Assembly: GCA_965207065.1 (NCBI GenBank)
Contig: OZ242260.1
Span: 2,528,001 to 2,592,000, forward strand
Direction: 5' to 3'
DNA from: a bacterium
GTDB lineage: Bacteria; UBA8248
DNA: 64,000 nt
The notes under the pieces are model-generated. The model saw only the letters and a program-made list of their open reading frames with translations. It was not told the DNA's origin and did no database searches. Below are positions 32,514-41,839 of the stretch, in pieces (position 1 is the stretch's first letter; each line of letters starts with the position of its first letter). A program made the translations under genes and the position numbers.

Positions 32514-33527
32514 ATGCTGAAAGGAATCATTGCTGGTCTGTTGGCGGTGGCTTTTCTGAGCGCGCCGGCGTTCGCCGCGGATGAGGCGACCATGCGCGCC
32601 GCCAAGAAAGAAGGGAAAGTAACCTGGTATACTTCCATTACTCTGAACATCGCGCAGGATCTTTGCAACCGTTACAACAAGAAAAAAACGGGTGTTAAGT
32701 GCATCGTACATCGTGACGGCTCGGGCAAGCTCTACCGCCGTTATCTGCAAGAGCGCAAGGGCGGCATTTACGTCGCAGACGTGATACACACATCGAACCT
32801 GGGCCATTTCCTGAACTTAAAAGCCAAGAAAATCATCACCCCCTACAAACCGGCCGGAACGGACAACTTCAACGCGAAGTTCGTGACGAAGGATAACTCC
32901 TGGACGATCCTTCGCGCGGGCGTTTTGATGCCCTTTTACAACACCAAGAAAGTCAGCGAGAAAGACGCGCCCAAGACGTATGCGGATTTCCTCGATCCCA
33001 AATGGAAGGGCAAAATAGTACATTCGCATCCCAGCTACAGCGGGTTTGTCACGAACGGCATGATCAACATCGTGAACAGATTCGGCTGGGATTATTACAA
33101 GAAGATGGCCAAGCAAAAGCCCAAGATCGTGCAATCGGCGGCCGGGGGCATTCCTCTCGTAGCGCGTGGGGAGGCTTGGCTGGGAGCGGGCACGACCTCG
33201 TATTCGCTACTCAAACTGATGCAGAAAGGCGAGCCGCTCAAGCCCGTCATCCCGCCGACGGGTCTGGCTTTGGTGACCTCGCCGAACGGCGTATTCACGA
33301 AGGCCCCGAACCCCAACGCCGCGCGCGTGTTCACTGATTATCTATTCAGCCGCGAGGCCATGCAGCTTCTGGCGGATTACTTCCTCTATGTGGGTGATCC
33401 CGGCGTGAAGTATCCCAAAGGATTGCCTGCGCTCAAGGACATCAACCTGATGGCCATCGGCGGAGATGAACTGAAGAAGAAGAACAAGCCGACGCGCAAA
33501 ATGTTCAAGAAGCTCTTCGGCGTATAA
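32514..33527 (+). CDS. ABC transporter substrate-binding protein (FbpA/AfuA-like)
   Basis: Signal peptide after GAGGAG; AAKKEGKVTWY, DFLDPKWKGK, APNPNAARVF. Confidence 0.88.
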   Translation: MLKGIIAGLLAVAFLSAPAFAADEATMRAAKKEGKVTWYTSITLNIAQDLCNRYNKKKTGVKCIVHRDGSGKLYRRYLQERKGGIYVADVIHTSNLGHFLNLKAKKIITPYKPAGTDNFNAKFVTKDNSWTILRAGVLMPFYNTKKVSEKDAPKTYADFLDPKWKGKIVHSHPSYSGFVTNGMINIVNRFGWDYYKKMAKQKPKIVQSAAGGIPLVARGEAWLGAGTTSYSLLKLMQKGEPLKPVIPPTGLALVTSPNGVFTKAPNPNAARVFTDYLFSREAMQLLADYFLYVGDPGVKYPKGLPALKDINLMAIGGDELKKKNKPTRKMFKKLFGV

Positions 33528-33534
33528 ATCAAGT

Positions 33535-33590
33535 ATGAGCGGGAGCGGTTTCTTGCGTAAATCGAGGAATCGCTCCCGTTTCATTTTAGT
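33535..33590 (+). terminator. Stem-loop after the SBP gene (partial terminator or mRNA stabiliser)
   Basis: atgagcgggagcg...cgctcccgtttcat followed by a T-rich tract. Confidence 0.65.
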
Positions 33591-33645
33591 TTTGACAGAA
33601 TGAATTTTTTGAAAATGTTTGATTTCTAAAAGGAAAGATGAGGAT

Positions 33646-35391
33646 ATGACGCAAGATGCTCAACAGCTACCCGGAACGATATCGGGTGGCGAGCCCTCAG
33701 CCACCAAGAAATTCGACTATACTGTCATTGTCTGGGTAGTACTGCTCATCCTTCTGATCATCCTGGTGGCGAATCCCATCTTCCAGCTTTTTAAGGAAAG
33801 TTTCTTCGTTTCTGAAGATGAGGCAGGCGGCTTCACTTTCCAGAATTATATCGACGCTTTCGAAACCGATGAATACTACAAGCCGATGTACATCACGATG
33901 ATGCTTGCCGTCTCCGTGGGCAGCATTTCCCTGGTGGTGGGAGCCGTGATGGCCTGGGTGGTCAGCCGAACGGACATCCCATTTCCGAATTTAATCCGGA
34001 ACGGCATCCTGGCCTCTTTCGTGACGCCTCCCTTCCTGGGCGCCATCGCCTGGATATTCCTGGCGGGAAGAAACGAAGGGTGGCTGAATAAATGGATTCG
34101 CGGGATATTTCAGTTGAGTGACGAGTTTTATCTGTTCGATATTTTTACGATGAAGGGCGTCGTTTTCGCCATGTCGCTCTACACGTTCCCTCTCGTCTTT
34201 ATCGTTGTTTTAGCAGGCCTGAACAATATTTCCTCGGACGTGGAAGACGCGGCCAACGTAGCGGGCGGCGGCACGTTCAACACCATGTTCAGCATCACTT
34301 TGCCTCTGGTGGCGCCTTCTCTGTTCGCGGGTTTCATTCTGGCGGCGCTTGAGGCCATGATTCTTTTCGGCATCCCGGCCGTATTGGCGATACCGGCGGG
34401 CCAGCACACGATGACGACCCAGCTCCGCGCTTTTATGGTATCGGAAGACGACCTGCTTGGTTTGGCCTCCGCCTACGCAATGCCCATGCTGATTTTGGCG
34501 ATAGGGATGGTCTGGACTCGAGGCATTGTATTGGGCCGCAGGGGTTACGCTACCGTCGGCGGTAAGGGAGGGCAGAGGCGGCCGCAAAAGCTGGGCGTTT
34601 GGCGGCTCCCGATATTCGTGCTGTGCATGGTTCCGCTCGTGTGTGCCATTGTGTTGCCTTCGCTCGCTTTGCTTACCACGTCGTTCATGAAAAACCTGGG
34701 CGGCGGATTGGTATGGTCAAACTTCACCTTATGGAATTATCATTTCATATTGACGAATGATGCGGTGAGGGAATCCATATACAATACGATATTGCTGGCC
34801 ATCATGGCGGCGACCGGCGCCACTATCGTGGCTGCGATTTCCGCTTTCATCTCACAGCGCAAGCTCATCAAGGGACATCAATACATGGGGTTCATGGCGA
34901 CCGCGCCCATCGGGATTCCCGGCATCGTCCTGGCGGTGGGTCTGTTCGCGGCCTATACGAAACAGCCCTTTGTGCTGTATGGGACGCTGTGGATCATGTT
35001 CCTGGCCTATCTCACCAAATACTTGCCCCTTGCGTATCAGACGGCGAACGCAGGCCTCACGAGCATTCATCCCGAGCTCGAGGAGAGTTGCCGCATCATG
35101 GGGGCGAATCGGCTTCAGGTATTCAAGGACGTGACGATCCCCTTGTTCAAGACGGCCGTCATCGCGTCATGGATATTGGTGTTCATGCCCTCGCTCAGGG
35201 AATTGAGCGCGTCGGTTCTGCTTTGGACGACGAACACGAAGGTCATCTCGGTTGTCATCGTCGATTTCTATGAAGAAACGCTGTTGGGTCCCATATCGGC
35301 CCTGGGGGTTTTGCTCTTGCTCATCACCTTGGTGGCGATTGCAGTCGGTTTCCGCGTGGCGGGACGGGACTTCATGCGTTCCGCTGGATAA
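33646..35391 (+). CDS. ABC transporter permease with two TM modules (FbpB-like)
   Basis: Two EAA-like loops (VEDAANVAGG, LEESCRIMGA). Confidence 0.9.
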   Translation: MTQDAQQLPGTISGGEPSATKKFDYTVIVWVVLLILLIILVANPIFQLFKESFFVSEDEAGGFTFQNYIDAFETDEYYKPMYITMMLAVSVGSISLVVGAVMAWVVSRTDIPFPNLIRNGILASFVTPPFLGAIAWIFLAGRNEGWLNKWIRGIFQLSDEFYLFDIFTMKGVVFAMSLYTFPLVFIVVLAGLNNISSDVEDAANVAGGGTFNTMFSITLPLVAPSLFAGFILAALEAMILFGIPAVLAIPAGQHTMTTQLRAFMVSEDDLLGLASAYAMPMLILAIGMVWTRGIVLGRRGYATVGGKGGQRRPQKLGVWRLPIFVLCMVPLVCAIVLPSLALLTTSFMKNLGGGLVWSNFTLWNYHFILTNDAVRESIYNTILLAIMAATGATIVAAISAFISQRKLIKGHQYMGFMATAPIGIPGIVLAVGLFAAYTKQPFVLYGTLWIMFLAYLTKYLPLAYQTANAGLTSIHPELEESCRIMGANRLQVFKDVTIPLFKTAVIASWILVFMPSLRELSASVLLWTTNTKVISVVIVDFYEETLLGPISALGVLLLLITLVAIAVGFRVAGRDFMRSAG

Positions 35392-35407
35392 AGAAGGGAG
35401 ATTTACG

Positions 35408-36487
35408 TTGGCTGTTTTAGACTTAAAAGGTCTATTGAAGATTTTCGGCACTGACGTTCGGGCGGTGGATGAGATAGACCTGCACATCGAACACGGGGAG
35501 TTGATTTCTCTCTTGGGGCCATCGGGTTGCGGCAAGACGACGACGTTGCGCCTCGTGGCCGGTTTCATCGAGCCGAACGGCGGTGAAATCATCATGGATG
35601 GGGAGACCGTATCGAATGAAAGCAGTGTCATACCGCCCGAGCGCCGCAACATGAGTATGATTTTTCAGAGCTACGCAATCTGGCCGCACAAGACGGTGGC
35701 CCAGAATGTGGGTTATGGATTGAAATTCCGCGGTATTACGGGCGCCGAGGCGGACAAGCGCGTGAATAGCCTCCTTTCCGTCGTGCAAATGGATCATCTG
35801 GGCGCCCGGTATCCGGGAGAACTCTCGGGTGGCCAGCAGCAACGCGTGGCGCTGGCCCGCGCTCTCGTGGTCGAGCCGGCCGTGTTGCTGCTTGATGAGC
35901 CGCTCTCGAACCTCGACGCCAACCTGCGCGAGGAGATGCGCTTCGAGATCAGGCGCCTGCACGATGAATTTAACATAACGAGTATTTATGTGACCCACGA
36001 TCAGGCCGAGGCTATGGTCACCAGCGACAGAATCTGCGTCATGAACAGCGGGAAGATCGAGCAAGTGGGCAAGCCGTCTGATATTTACGATATTCCGGCG
36101 ACGAAGTTCGTAGCCGAATTTGTCGGCGTGACGAACTCGATTCCAGGAAAGATCAGTTCTCCGGAACTTTTCGAGGCCGACGACGGCGCAAAATTCATGA
36201 TGAACCCGGACGGCGGAAAAACGGGAGAGCTCGTCTCGATACGGCCCCACCGCATTCAGGTACATTCCGAGAATGCCGACGTGGGTGGCGCGGACGCCCA
36301 GAACGTGCTCGATGGCGAGGTGACGCGCGGCTATTATTTCGGCAGCACGGTGGATTACCTCGTAAAGGTGCCGGGTCTGAATGAACCGCTTCGCGTCATC
36401 GGCGATCCGCATGAGTTCTTCGGCGTAGGCAGCAAGGTCCGGTTGACGATCGAAAAAGCGGCGGTCATTCTCGTGAGCGACAGTTAA
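35408..36487 (+). CDS. ABC transporter ATP-binding protein (FbpC/PotA-like, TOBE domain)
   Basis: TTG start after GGGAG; GPSGCGKTT, LSGGQQQR, LDEPLSNLD. Confidence 0.92.
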   Translation: MAVLDLKGLLKIFGTDVRAVDEIDLHIEHGELISLLGPSGCGKTTTLRLVAGFIEPNGGEIIMDGETVSNESSVIPPERRNMSMIFQSYAIWPHKTVAQNVGYGLKFRGITGAEADKRVNSLLSVVQMDHLGARYPGELSGGQQQRVALARALVVEPAVLLLDEPLSNLDANLREEMRFEIRRLHDEFNITSIYVTHDQAEAMVTSDRICVMNSGKIEQVGKPSDIYDIPATKFVAEFVGVTNSIPGKISSPELFEADDGAKFMMNPDGGKTGELVSIRPHRIQVHSENADVGGADAQNVLDGEVTRGYYFGSTVDYLVKVPGLNEPLRVIGDPHEFFGVGSKVRLTIEKAAVILVSDS

Positions 36488-36497
36488 AGACTCATCG

Positions 36498-37460
36498 ATG
36501 CAAATCGTTATTCCAGACGATTGCTACCAGTTGTTCGAAGGTTCCGAATCTCTCGGGCGATTGCGCGCCCTGGGCGACGTACATTACTACACTGACAATG
36601 CCGAAAGCGAAGAATTGCTCCGCGATCGCCTGCATAACGCGGAAATCATCCTCACGACCAGATATCAGACCGACTTCAAGACGACCGACTTGCTGGATCA
36701 TATTCCCCACCTCAAGATGATTTCCGTGATGGGCACGCGCCCGCGCATGATCGACATGGAGCGCGTGAACGAACGCGGGATCGTGGTGAGCACGACGCCG
36801 GCGGCGAGCGCCTCATCCGTGGCCGAGCACACGATGATGCTGATCCTGGCGTTGGTGAAAAGAATGCCGCTCATGTTCCCCGCCATGAGAGAGGGCGGCT
36901 GGCCCCAGGATCTAGGAATCGAACTTTCCGGAAAGACACTGGGACTCATCGGTTTCGGCCACATTGCTCGCCTGGTCTGCCGCATGGCCCTGGGCTTCGG
37001 GATGCGGGTCGTCACCTGCTCACCTTCGATGACGCCTGAGCGCGCGCAGGCGGAGGGGGCGGAAGCGGCATCCGTCGAGGAATGTCTCGCGTCAGACGTG
37101 GTGTCGCTCCATCTTCATCTGCCGGCGGGAGCCGCGCCATTCATGACCAGAGAGAAATTCGCGCAGATGAAGGAAACGGCGTTTTTCATCAATACGGCGC
37201 GCGCTCAGATTGTGGATGAGGATGCGCTGCTGGATGCCTTGCGAAACCGGCGCATCGCAGGCGCAGGCCTCGATGTATTCGAGCCTTTTGAGCCGTTGCC
37301 GAAGGATTCGATATATCGTTCTCTGGGTAACGTCATCATCACGCCGCATTCGGCGTGGATTACAGACGGCACCTACGCGAGGTTCCGCGACGTGCCCGTA
37401 GCGAACATCGAAGCGTTTTTGAGGGGTGCACCCGCCAACGTCGTGAGGGAAAACGCTTAG
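36498..37460 (+). CDS. D-2-hydroxyacid dehydrogenase family protein
   Basis: GKTLGLIGFGHIA, INTAR, GLDVF, TPH. Confidence 0.9.
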   Translation: MQIVIPDDCYQLFEGSESLGRLRALGDVHYYTDNAESEELLRDRLHNAEIILTTRYQTDFKTTDLLDHIPHLKMISVMGTRPRMIDMERVNERGIVVSTTPAASASSVAEHTMMLILALVKRMPLMFPAMREGGWPQDLGIELSGKTLGLIGFGHIARLVCRMALGFGMRVVTCSPSMTPERAQAEGAEAASVEECLASDVVSLHLHLPAGAAPFMTREKFAQMKETAFFINTARAQIVDEDALLDALRNRRIAGAGLDVFEPFEPLPKDSIYRSLGNVIITPHSAWITDGTYARFRDVPVANIEAFLRGAPANVVRENA

Positions 37461-37474
37461 GCCACCAGAGGAAT

Positions 37475-37511
37475 CCGCCCCGGCAGGTAGAGTGCCGCCG
37501 GGGCGGTTTTT
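37475..37511 (+). terminator. Intrinsic terminator between convergent genes
   Basis: ccgccccggc...gccggggcgg followed by ttttt. Confidence 0.75.
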
Positions 37512-37512
37512 A

Positions 37513-38193
37513 TTACTCTTTTTTGATCAGGATGTTGTTGTACACCAGGGCCGCAGCCACGCCGCCGATGATGGGCCCTATCCAATAGACGAGGTGGTTG
37601 ATACCGTCGAAGCCGCCCCCGGCCAGAGCGGGGCCGAATGTGCGCGCCGGATTCATGGATGCACCTGTGAGTGGACCTCCCATCAGAATGTCTGCTGCGA
37701 TGGTGAGACCGATCGCGAAGCCCCCCACATCGGGGTGTCTGTCGTCCACGGCGGAACCCCAGATAGCGGTGACGAGGAAGAACGTGAGAATGATCTCGAT
37801 CAGAATCCCCATGCCGAAGCTCACGTCACTCGCCAGGGTCGGGGTTCCCAGATTCACCTTTTGCCAAACGTCGGCGGCAAAGATGATTCTCAACAGAATT
37901 CCGGCCACGGTTCCACCGACCAGTTGGCTGATGATGTAGGAAATGCCTGTGCCGCCGTCTGTCCTTTTGGTGACCATAAAGCCGATTGTGACGGCCGGAT
38001 TGAAATGACCGCCCGATACGTGCCCCATGGCGGAAATCATAACCGAGAGGATCAATCCGTGGGCCAGGGCGATGCCGATGAGACCTACGGCTCCACCCGT
38101 CTTCTGATTTAAGATGATGGCGCCGGCGCCTATGAAGCACAGCGCAAACGTGCCGATGGCTTCCGCGACGCAGGCCCTTCCTGTAGGACTCAT
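37513..38193 (-). CDS. Aquaporin / MIP channel
   Basis: SGGHFNPAVT and GASMNPART; ATG preceded by AAGGAG. Confidence 0.95.
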   Translation of the reverse strand: MSPTGRACVAEAIGTFALCFIGAGAIILNQKTGGAVGLIGIALAHGLILSVMISAMGHVSGGHFNPAVTIGFMVTKRTDGGTGISYIISQLVGGTVAGILLRIIFAADVWQKVNLGTPTLASDVSFGMGILIEIILTFFLVTAIWGSAVDDRHPDVGGFAIGLTIAADILMGGPLTGASMNPARTFGPALAGGGFDGINHLVYWIGPIIGGVAAALVYNNILIKKE

Positions 38194-38311
38194 TTTCTTC
38201 TCCTTATTCGTTCGGGCGAAAGAATTGGAGGAAAATTCATGCCGCCATAGACTCGATCCGAAGGACTCCAAGCGCTAAAAACAGTTTATCTATATGCCTC
38301 ATTATAGCAAA

Positions 38312-39271
38312 TCATGATGGATGCACCACGTTTTGAGGGTTGCCCGAGAATGCGGCGGCAATGTTTTCCACCGACATCAGAAGTCCTGCTTCCGTCACCT
38401 CGGGCGTGATGCCCGCATTGTGCGGGGAGAGAACCACGTTGTTCAGTTTCCCGAGTGGATGGTTCGGGGGCAGAGGCTCCTGGTCGAATACGTCGAGACC
38501 CGCCGCAGCCAGAGCTCCGTTTTCCAAAGCCGAAATGAGCGCCGCTTCATCTACTATGGGTCCACGGGCGGTGTTCACCAGAATGGTATCCGGCCCCATG
38601 CGGGAGAACGCCTCGGCGCCGACCATGCCGATTGTGTCCGCCGATTGCCGTACGTGTATCGAGACGACATCGGACCGTTCATACAAAGTGTTCAAGTTGA
38701 CGAACTCAAGACCTACCTCCGCAGCGAACTCATCGTCTGGATGAAAAGTCCAGGCGATGAGTTTCATTCCGATACCGGCGGCGATGCGGGCTGTCTGACG
38801 GCCGATGGCGCCAAGGCCGATGAGGCCGAGCGTTTTTCCGTTCAATTGCGTCATCTGCCCCCGCGGCCACTCGTCTGCCCGCATGGCGGTATCGTTTCCG
38901 GGTATCTGGCGCGCCGCCGCCATCATCAGGGCCAGGGTGTGCTCGGCCACGGAAACGGCGGCCACGCCCGGCGTGTTTGAAATAATGACGCCTGCGCTCT
39001 CGGCCGCGCCTAAATCGACGTGGTCCGTGCCCGTTCCCCAAATTGAAAGTACCTTGAGAGCACCGCAATTCGAGAAAAAATCCGCGTCGAACTTGCAAAA
39101 AGCACGGATGTTGATGATGCCGTCCGCGCCTGAAACGCGCTTCAGCAACTCTTCAGGCGTTTGCGGGTTTGAGGTGTGGATATCCGCGTCCCCGATTTCG
39201 CGTAGCCGGGCCTCGGCGGCGCTGCCCATGAAAACGGAAGGATAGTCATCTGGTACGACGATTCGGTTCAT
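38312..39271 (-). CDS. D-2-hydroxyacid dehydrogenase family protein
   Basis: GLIGLGAIG, VNTARG, GLDVFDQEP, SPHNA. Confidence 0.92.
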   Translation of the reverse strand: MNRIVVPDDYPSVFMGSAAEARLREIGDADIHTSNPQTPEELLKRVSGADGIINIRAFCKFDADFFSNCGALKVLSIWGTGTDHVDLGAAESAGVIISNTPGVAAVSVAEHTLALMMAAARQIPGNDTAMRADEWPRGQMTQLNGKTLGLIGLGAIGRQTARIAAGIGMKLIAWTFHPDDEFAAEVGLEFVNLNTLYERSDVVSIHVRQSADTIGMVGAEAFSRMGPDTILVNTARGPIVDEAALISALENGALAAAGLDVFDQEPLPPNHPLGKLNNVVLSPHNAGITPEVTEAGLLMSVENIAAAFSGNPQNVVHPS

Positions 39272-39367
39272 AAAATTGCCCCTTAATAATCACGAGAATA
39301 CGAGTGTTCCAGCGGTTCTCATACACAGCCCTTGCGTGCATAATATCGTCTTTCTTCCGCCATTCTT

Positions 39368-39946
39368 ATGACACCAAAGGAGACAAAACAAGTGGAACCT
39401 CTTGATCCGCGTAAAGACAGTACTGTTCCCGGTGAGCGTGCCATCGACAAGCCCGAACTCCCCACGCAGGGCTATGCTTTCACCATGTCCGCCGACACCG
39501 AAACGATAGAGGGAAAGGGACAGCTCAAGTTGGGGACGCACAGGCATTTCGAAGTGTATTGCGACGAGCCGCCCCGCATCGGCGGGGAGGATTCCTACCC
39601 CCAACCGCTTTGCTATATCGCCATGGGAGTCGGGTTCTGACTCCTCACCCAGCTTGCGCGGTACGCGCATATGATGAAAGTGTCTTTTACGCACGCCAAG
39701 GTACAAGTAGATTTCGATTATTTTTTGAGGGGTTCCGTTCTCAAAGGCACGGTAAATTCCGGCTGCAACGAGGTCCGAACGCACTTTGAGGTGGAATCCG
39801 ATGAATCGGCGGAGAAAATACTCGCGGTGATCAAGAATGCGAAGCAAGGATGCTTCGCCGAACAAATGGTGACGGCCGCCGTTCCACTGAAAAGCACAGT
39901 GAACTTGAATGGCGAATCGGTCTCGCTGAGCGGCGTCACGGCATAA
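39368..39946 (+). CDS. OsmC-like redox protein, probable selenoprotein (in-frame UGA at 39638-39640)
   Basis: ORFs 39368-39640 and 39671-39946 share a frame; read-through gives DEPPRIGGEDSYPQPLCYIAMGVGF-U-LLTQLARYA...KQGCFAE, with UGA at the OsmC peroxidatic Cys position. Confidence 0.85.
39641..39675 (+). promoter_or_regulatory. Candidate bacterial SECIS hairpin
   Basis: tgcgcg-GTA-cgcgca (39655-39669); G-initiated loop about 20 nt after the UGA. Confidence 0.6.
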
Positions 39947-40052
39947 AACGCATGACTTCCTGACTTTGGAAGCAAGCTTTTGCTTCTCGTGATTCCAGGA
40001 GCCCGCCACTTGAACCTGGAGAGGGCCGCTTCGTCCTCCCTGGAAGGGGGAT

Positions 40053-41561
40053 TTACGCGGTGTCCGCGTTCGCCTGGGCGGCGCATTGTCCCGCTGCGGT
40101 GCCCGCCAGCTTGCCGTAGACGGAGCCCAGGGTAAGCCCCGCGCCTCCCGGGTAGTTGAAGTAGTAGACGCCGCCCACGAGTTCGCCCGCAGCGAACAGC
40201 CCGGGGATTATTTCATTTTCGGTGCTCATGACTTCCGCTTTGGGCGTCACGCGGATGCCGCCGAAGGTGAACGTGATTCCCGTGGTGACTGCGAATCCGA
40301 TGTAGGGCGGTTCGTCGATGGGAAGCGCCCAGTTCGATTTCGGGGGGTCGATGCCTTTCGTGCCTTTTCCGTCTTTGATGGTCGGGTTGTATTCACCCGG
40401 CTGGATGGCGGCGTTGTATTCCTGAACGGTTTTGACGAACTCGTCGACATCGATCTCGAGTTGACTCGCGAGTTCTTCCAGCGTGTTGGCCTCGCCCTTG
40501 GTGACTTCGCGGATACGATATTCGTCGCGCAGCATATGAACCGTTTTCTGGTCGAATATCTGAAAGGCGGCCCGCTGGGGTTGCTGGAGAATGTTCCGGC
40601 CGTATTTGGCGTAGGTATAGTTTCTGAAATCGGCTCCCTCATCCACGAAGCGCTTCCCCTCGATGTTCACGATGATGCCGAACGGATAGGAGTGTTTCTG
40701 GTAGGATTCTCCTACCGTGAGGTCACCGAAGGGCGGGGCGTTCAAGTCCCAGGCGACGGCGTGGCACCCGCTCCAGTTGCCATAGGGCTGCGCTCCGATA
40801 TCGAGCGCCATCTTGATGCCGTCGCCCGTGTTGTAAGGGGTGCCGCGGACTTTTGCGAGTTCCCAGCCCGGACCCAGGTAGCGGCAGCGCATCTCCGCGT
40901 TCGCCTCGAAACCGCCCGACGCCAGAACGACCCCGTGGGTTTCGACCGTGTAGGGTCCATCGGGGCCTTTGACTTCCACACCCGTCACGCCGCCCATCGG
41001 GTCCGTGATGAGACGCATCGCCTTCGAAGCGTAGCGAATATCCACTCCGGCATTGTTCGCGGCATCGAGGAGTGAATCGATGAGGCCCCGTCCACCGCCG
41101 ACGATCTCGAGAACCAGTCCTCCCCAGAAGCGCATCTTGCCGTCGACTTTGAATGCCTGCCGCCCGCTTGCGAGGATGAGCCGCAGGCCCTTGGACTGCA
41201 TCCATTTCAGTGTCGGAAACGACTCGTGGATGAGGACGGAGGCGAGGTCGCCGTCGGTCTGGTATTCGGTCAGCAGGGCAAGATCGTCAAAGAATTTCTC
41301 CGACGTGTAGGGGTCGATCTCGATGTTTTCCTTCTCGGCGTCGGAAAGATCGGGTACGAGCGAGTAGATGTCTTCGATACTGTTGAAGGCAAAGCGGAAG
41401 AGGCCTCCCGAGAAAGCGGAATTCCCGCCGCGCCATGCTTCGGGCGCTTTCTCGAGCACCAGCACATTGGCCCCCTGGTCCCGCGCCGCCAGCGATGCGC
41501 AAAGAGCGGCGTTGCCGCAGCCCACGACGACGACATCATATTTCTCTGTAGCTTTCGGCAT
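40053..41561 (-). CDS. tcuA: FAD-dependent tricarballylate dehydrogenase TcuA-like flavoprotein
   Basis: VVVGCGNAALCA, GGNSAF, ASGGFEAN, KVRGTPYNTGDG, GITFTFGG, NYPGGAGL. Confidence 0.82.
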   Translation of the reverse strand: MPKATEKYDVVVVGCGNAALCASLAARDQGANVLVLEKAPEAWRGGNSAFSGGLFRFAFNSIEDIYSLVPDLSDAEKENIEIDPYTSEKFFDDLALLTEYQTDGDLASVLIHESFPTLKWMQSKGLRLILASGRQAFKVDGKMRFWGGLVLEIVGGGRGLIDSLLDAANNAGVDIRYASKAMRLITDPMGGVTGVEVKGPDGPYTVETHGVVLASGGFEANAEMRCRYLGPGWELAKVRGTPYNTGDGIKMALDIGAQPYGNWSGCHAVAWDLNAPPFGDLTVGESYQKHSYPFGIIVNIEGKRFVDEGADFRNYTYAKYGRNILQQPQRAAFQIFDQKTVHMLRDEYRIREVTKGEANTLEELASQLEIDVDEFVKTVQEYNAAIQPGEYNPTIKDGKGTKGIDPPKSNWALPIDEPPYIGFAVTTGITFTFGGIRVTPKAEVMSTENEIIPGLFAAGELVGGVYYFNYPGGAGLTLGSVYGKLAGTAAGQCAAQANADTA

Positions 41562-41839
41562 TTCTCAAAACCTCCTCGAGGCCTTGGGTTCAAGGCGACT
41601 CATGTTTTGCGGATATGGGGGTGAGACCATTCCATGGGGGTTTTCCATCAAATCCGGCAGTCGGAAAAACAGCTTCTTAACTAGCATATTGTCGGGGCTT
41701 GGTCAAAAACACCCGGAATGAGGTGACTATTCACTGCATCGCGCTATCACAAGTAGCGTGGAGCCGCCCGTCATCTGTTCGGTTGACCATCCCGGTCGGC
41801 TCCCATAGAATTTTCACTTCACCTTCATGAAGGAGAGTC

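Noticed and set aside
39638-39640. Genome-wide UGA reassignment (alternative genetic code)
   Set aside because: TGA terminates many ordinary genes here (e.g. lysS, lpxK, waaC), so any read-through must be site-specific
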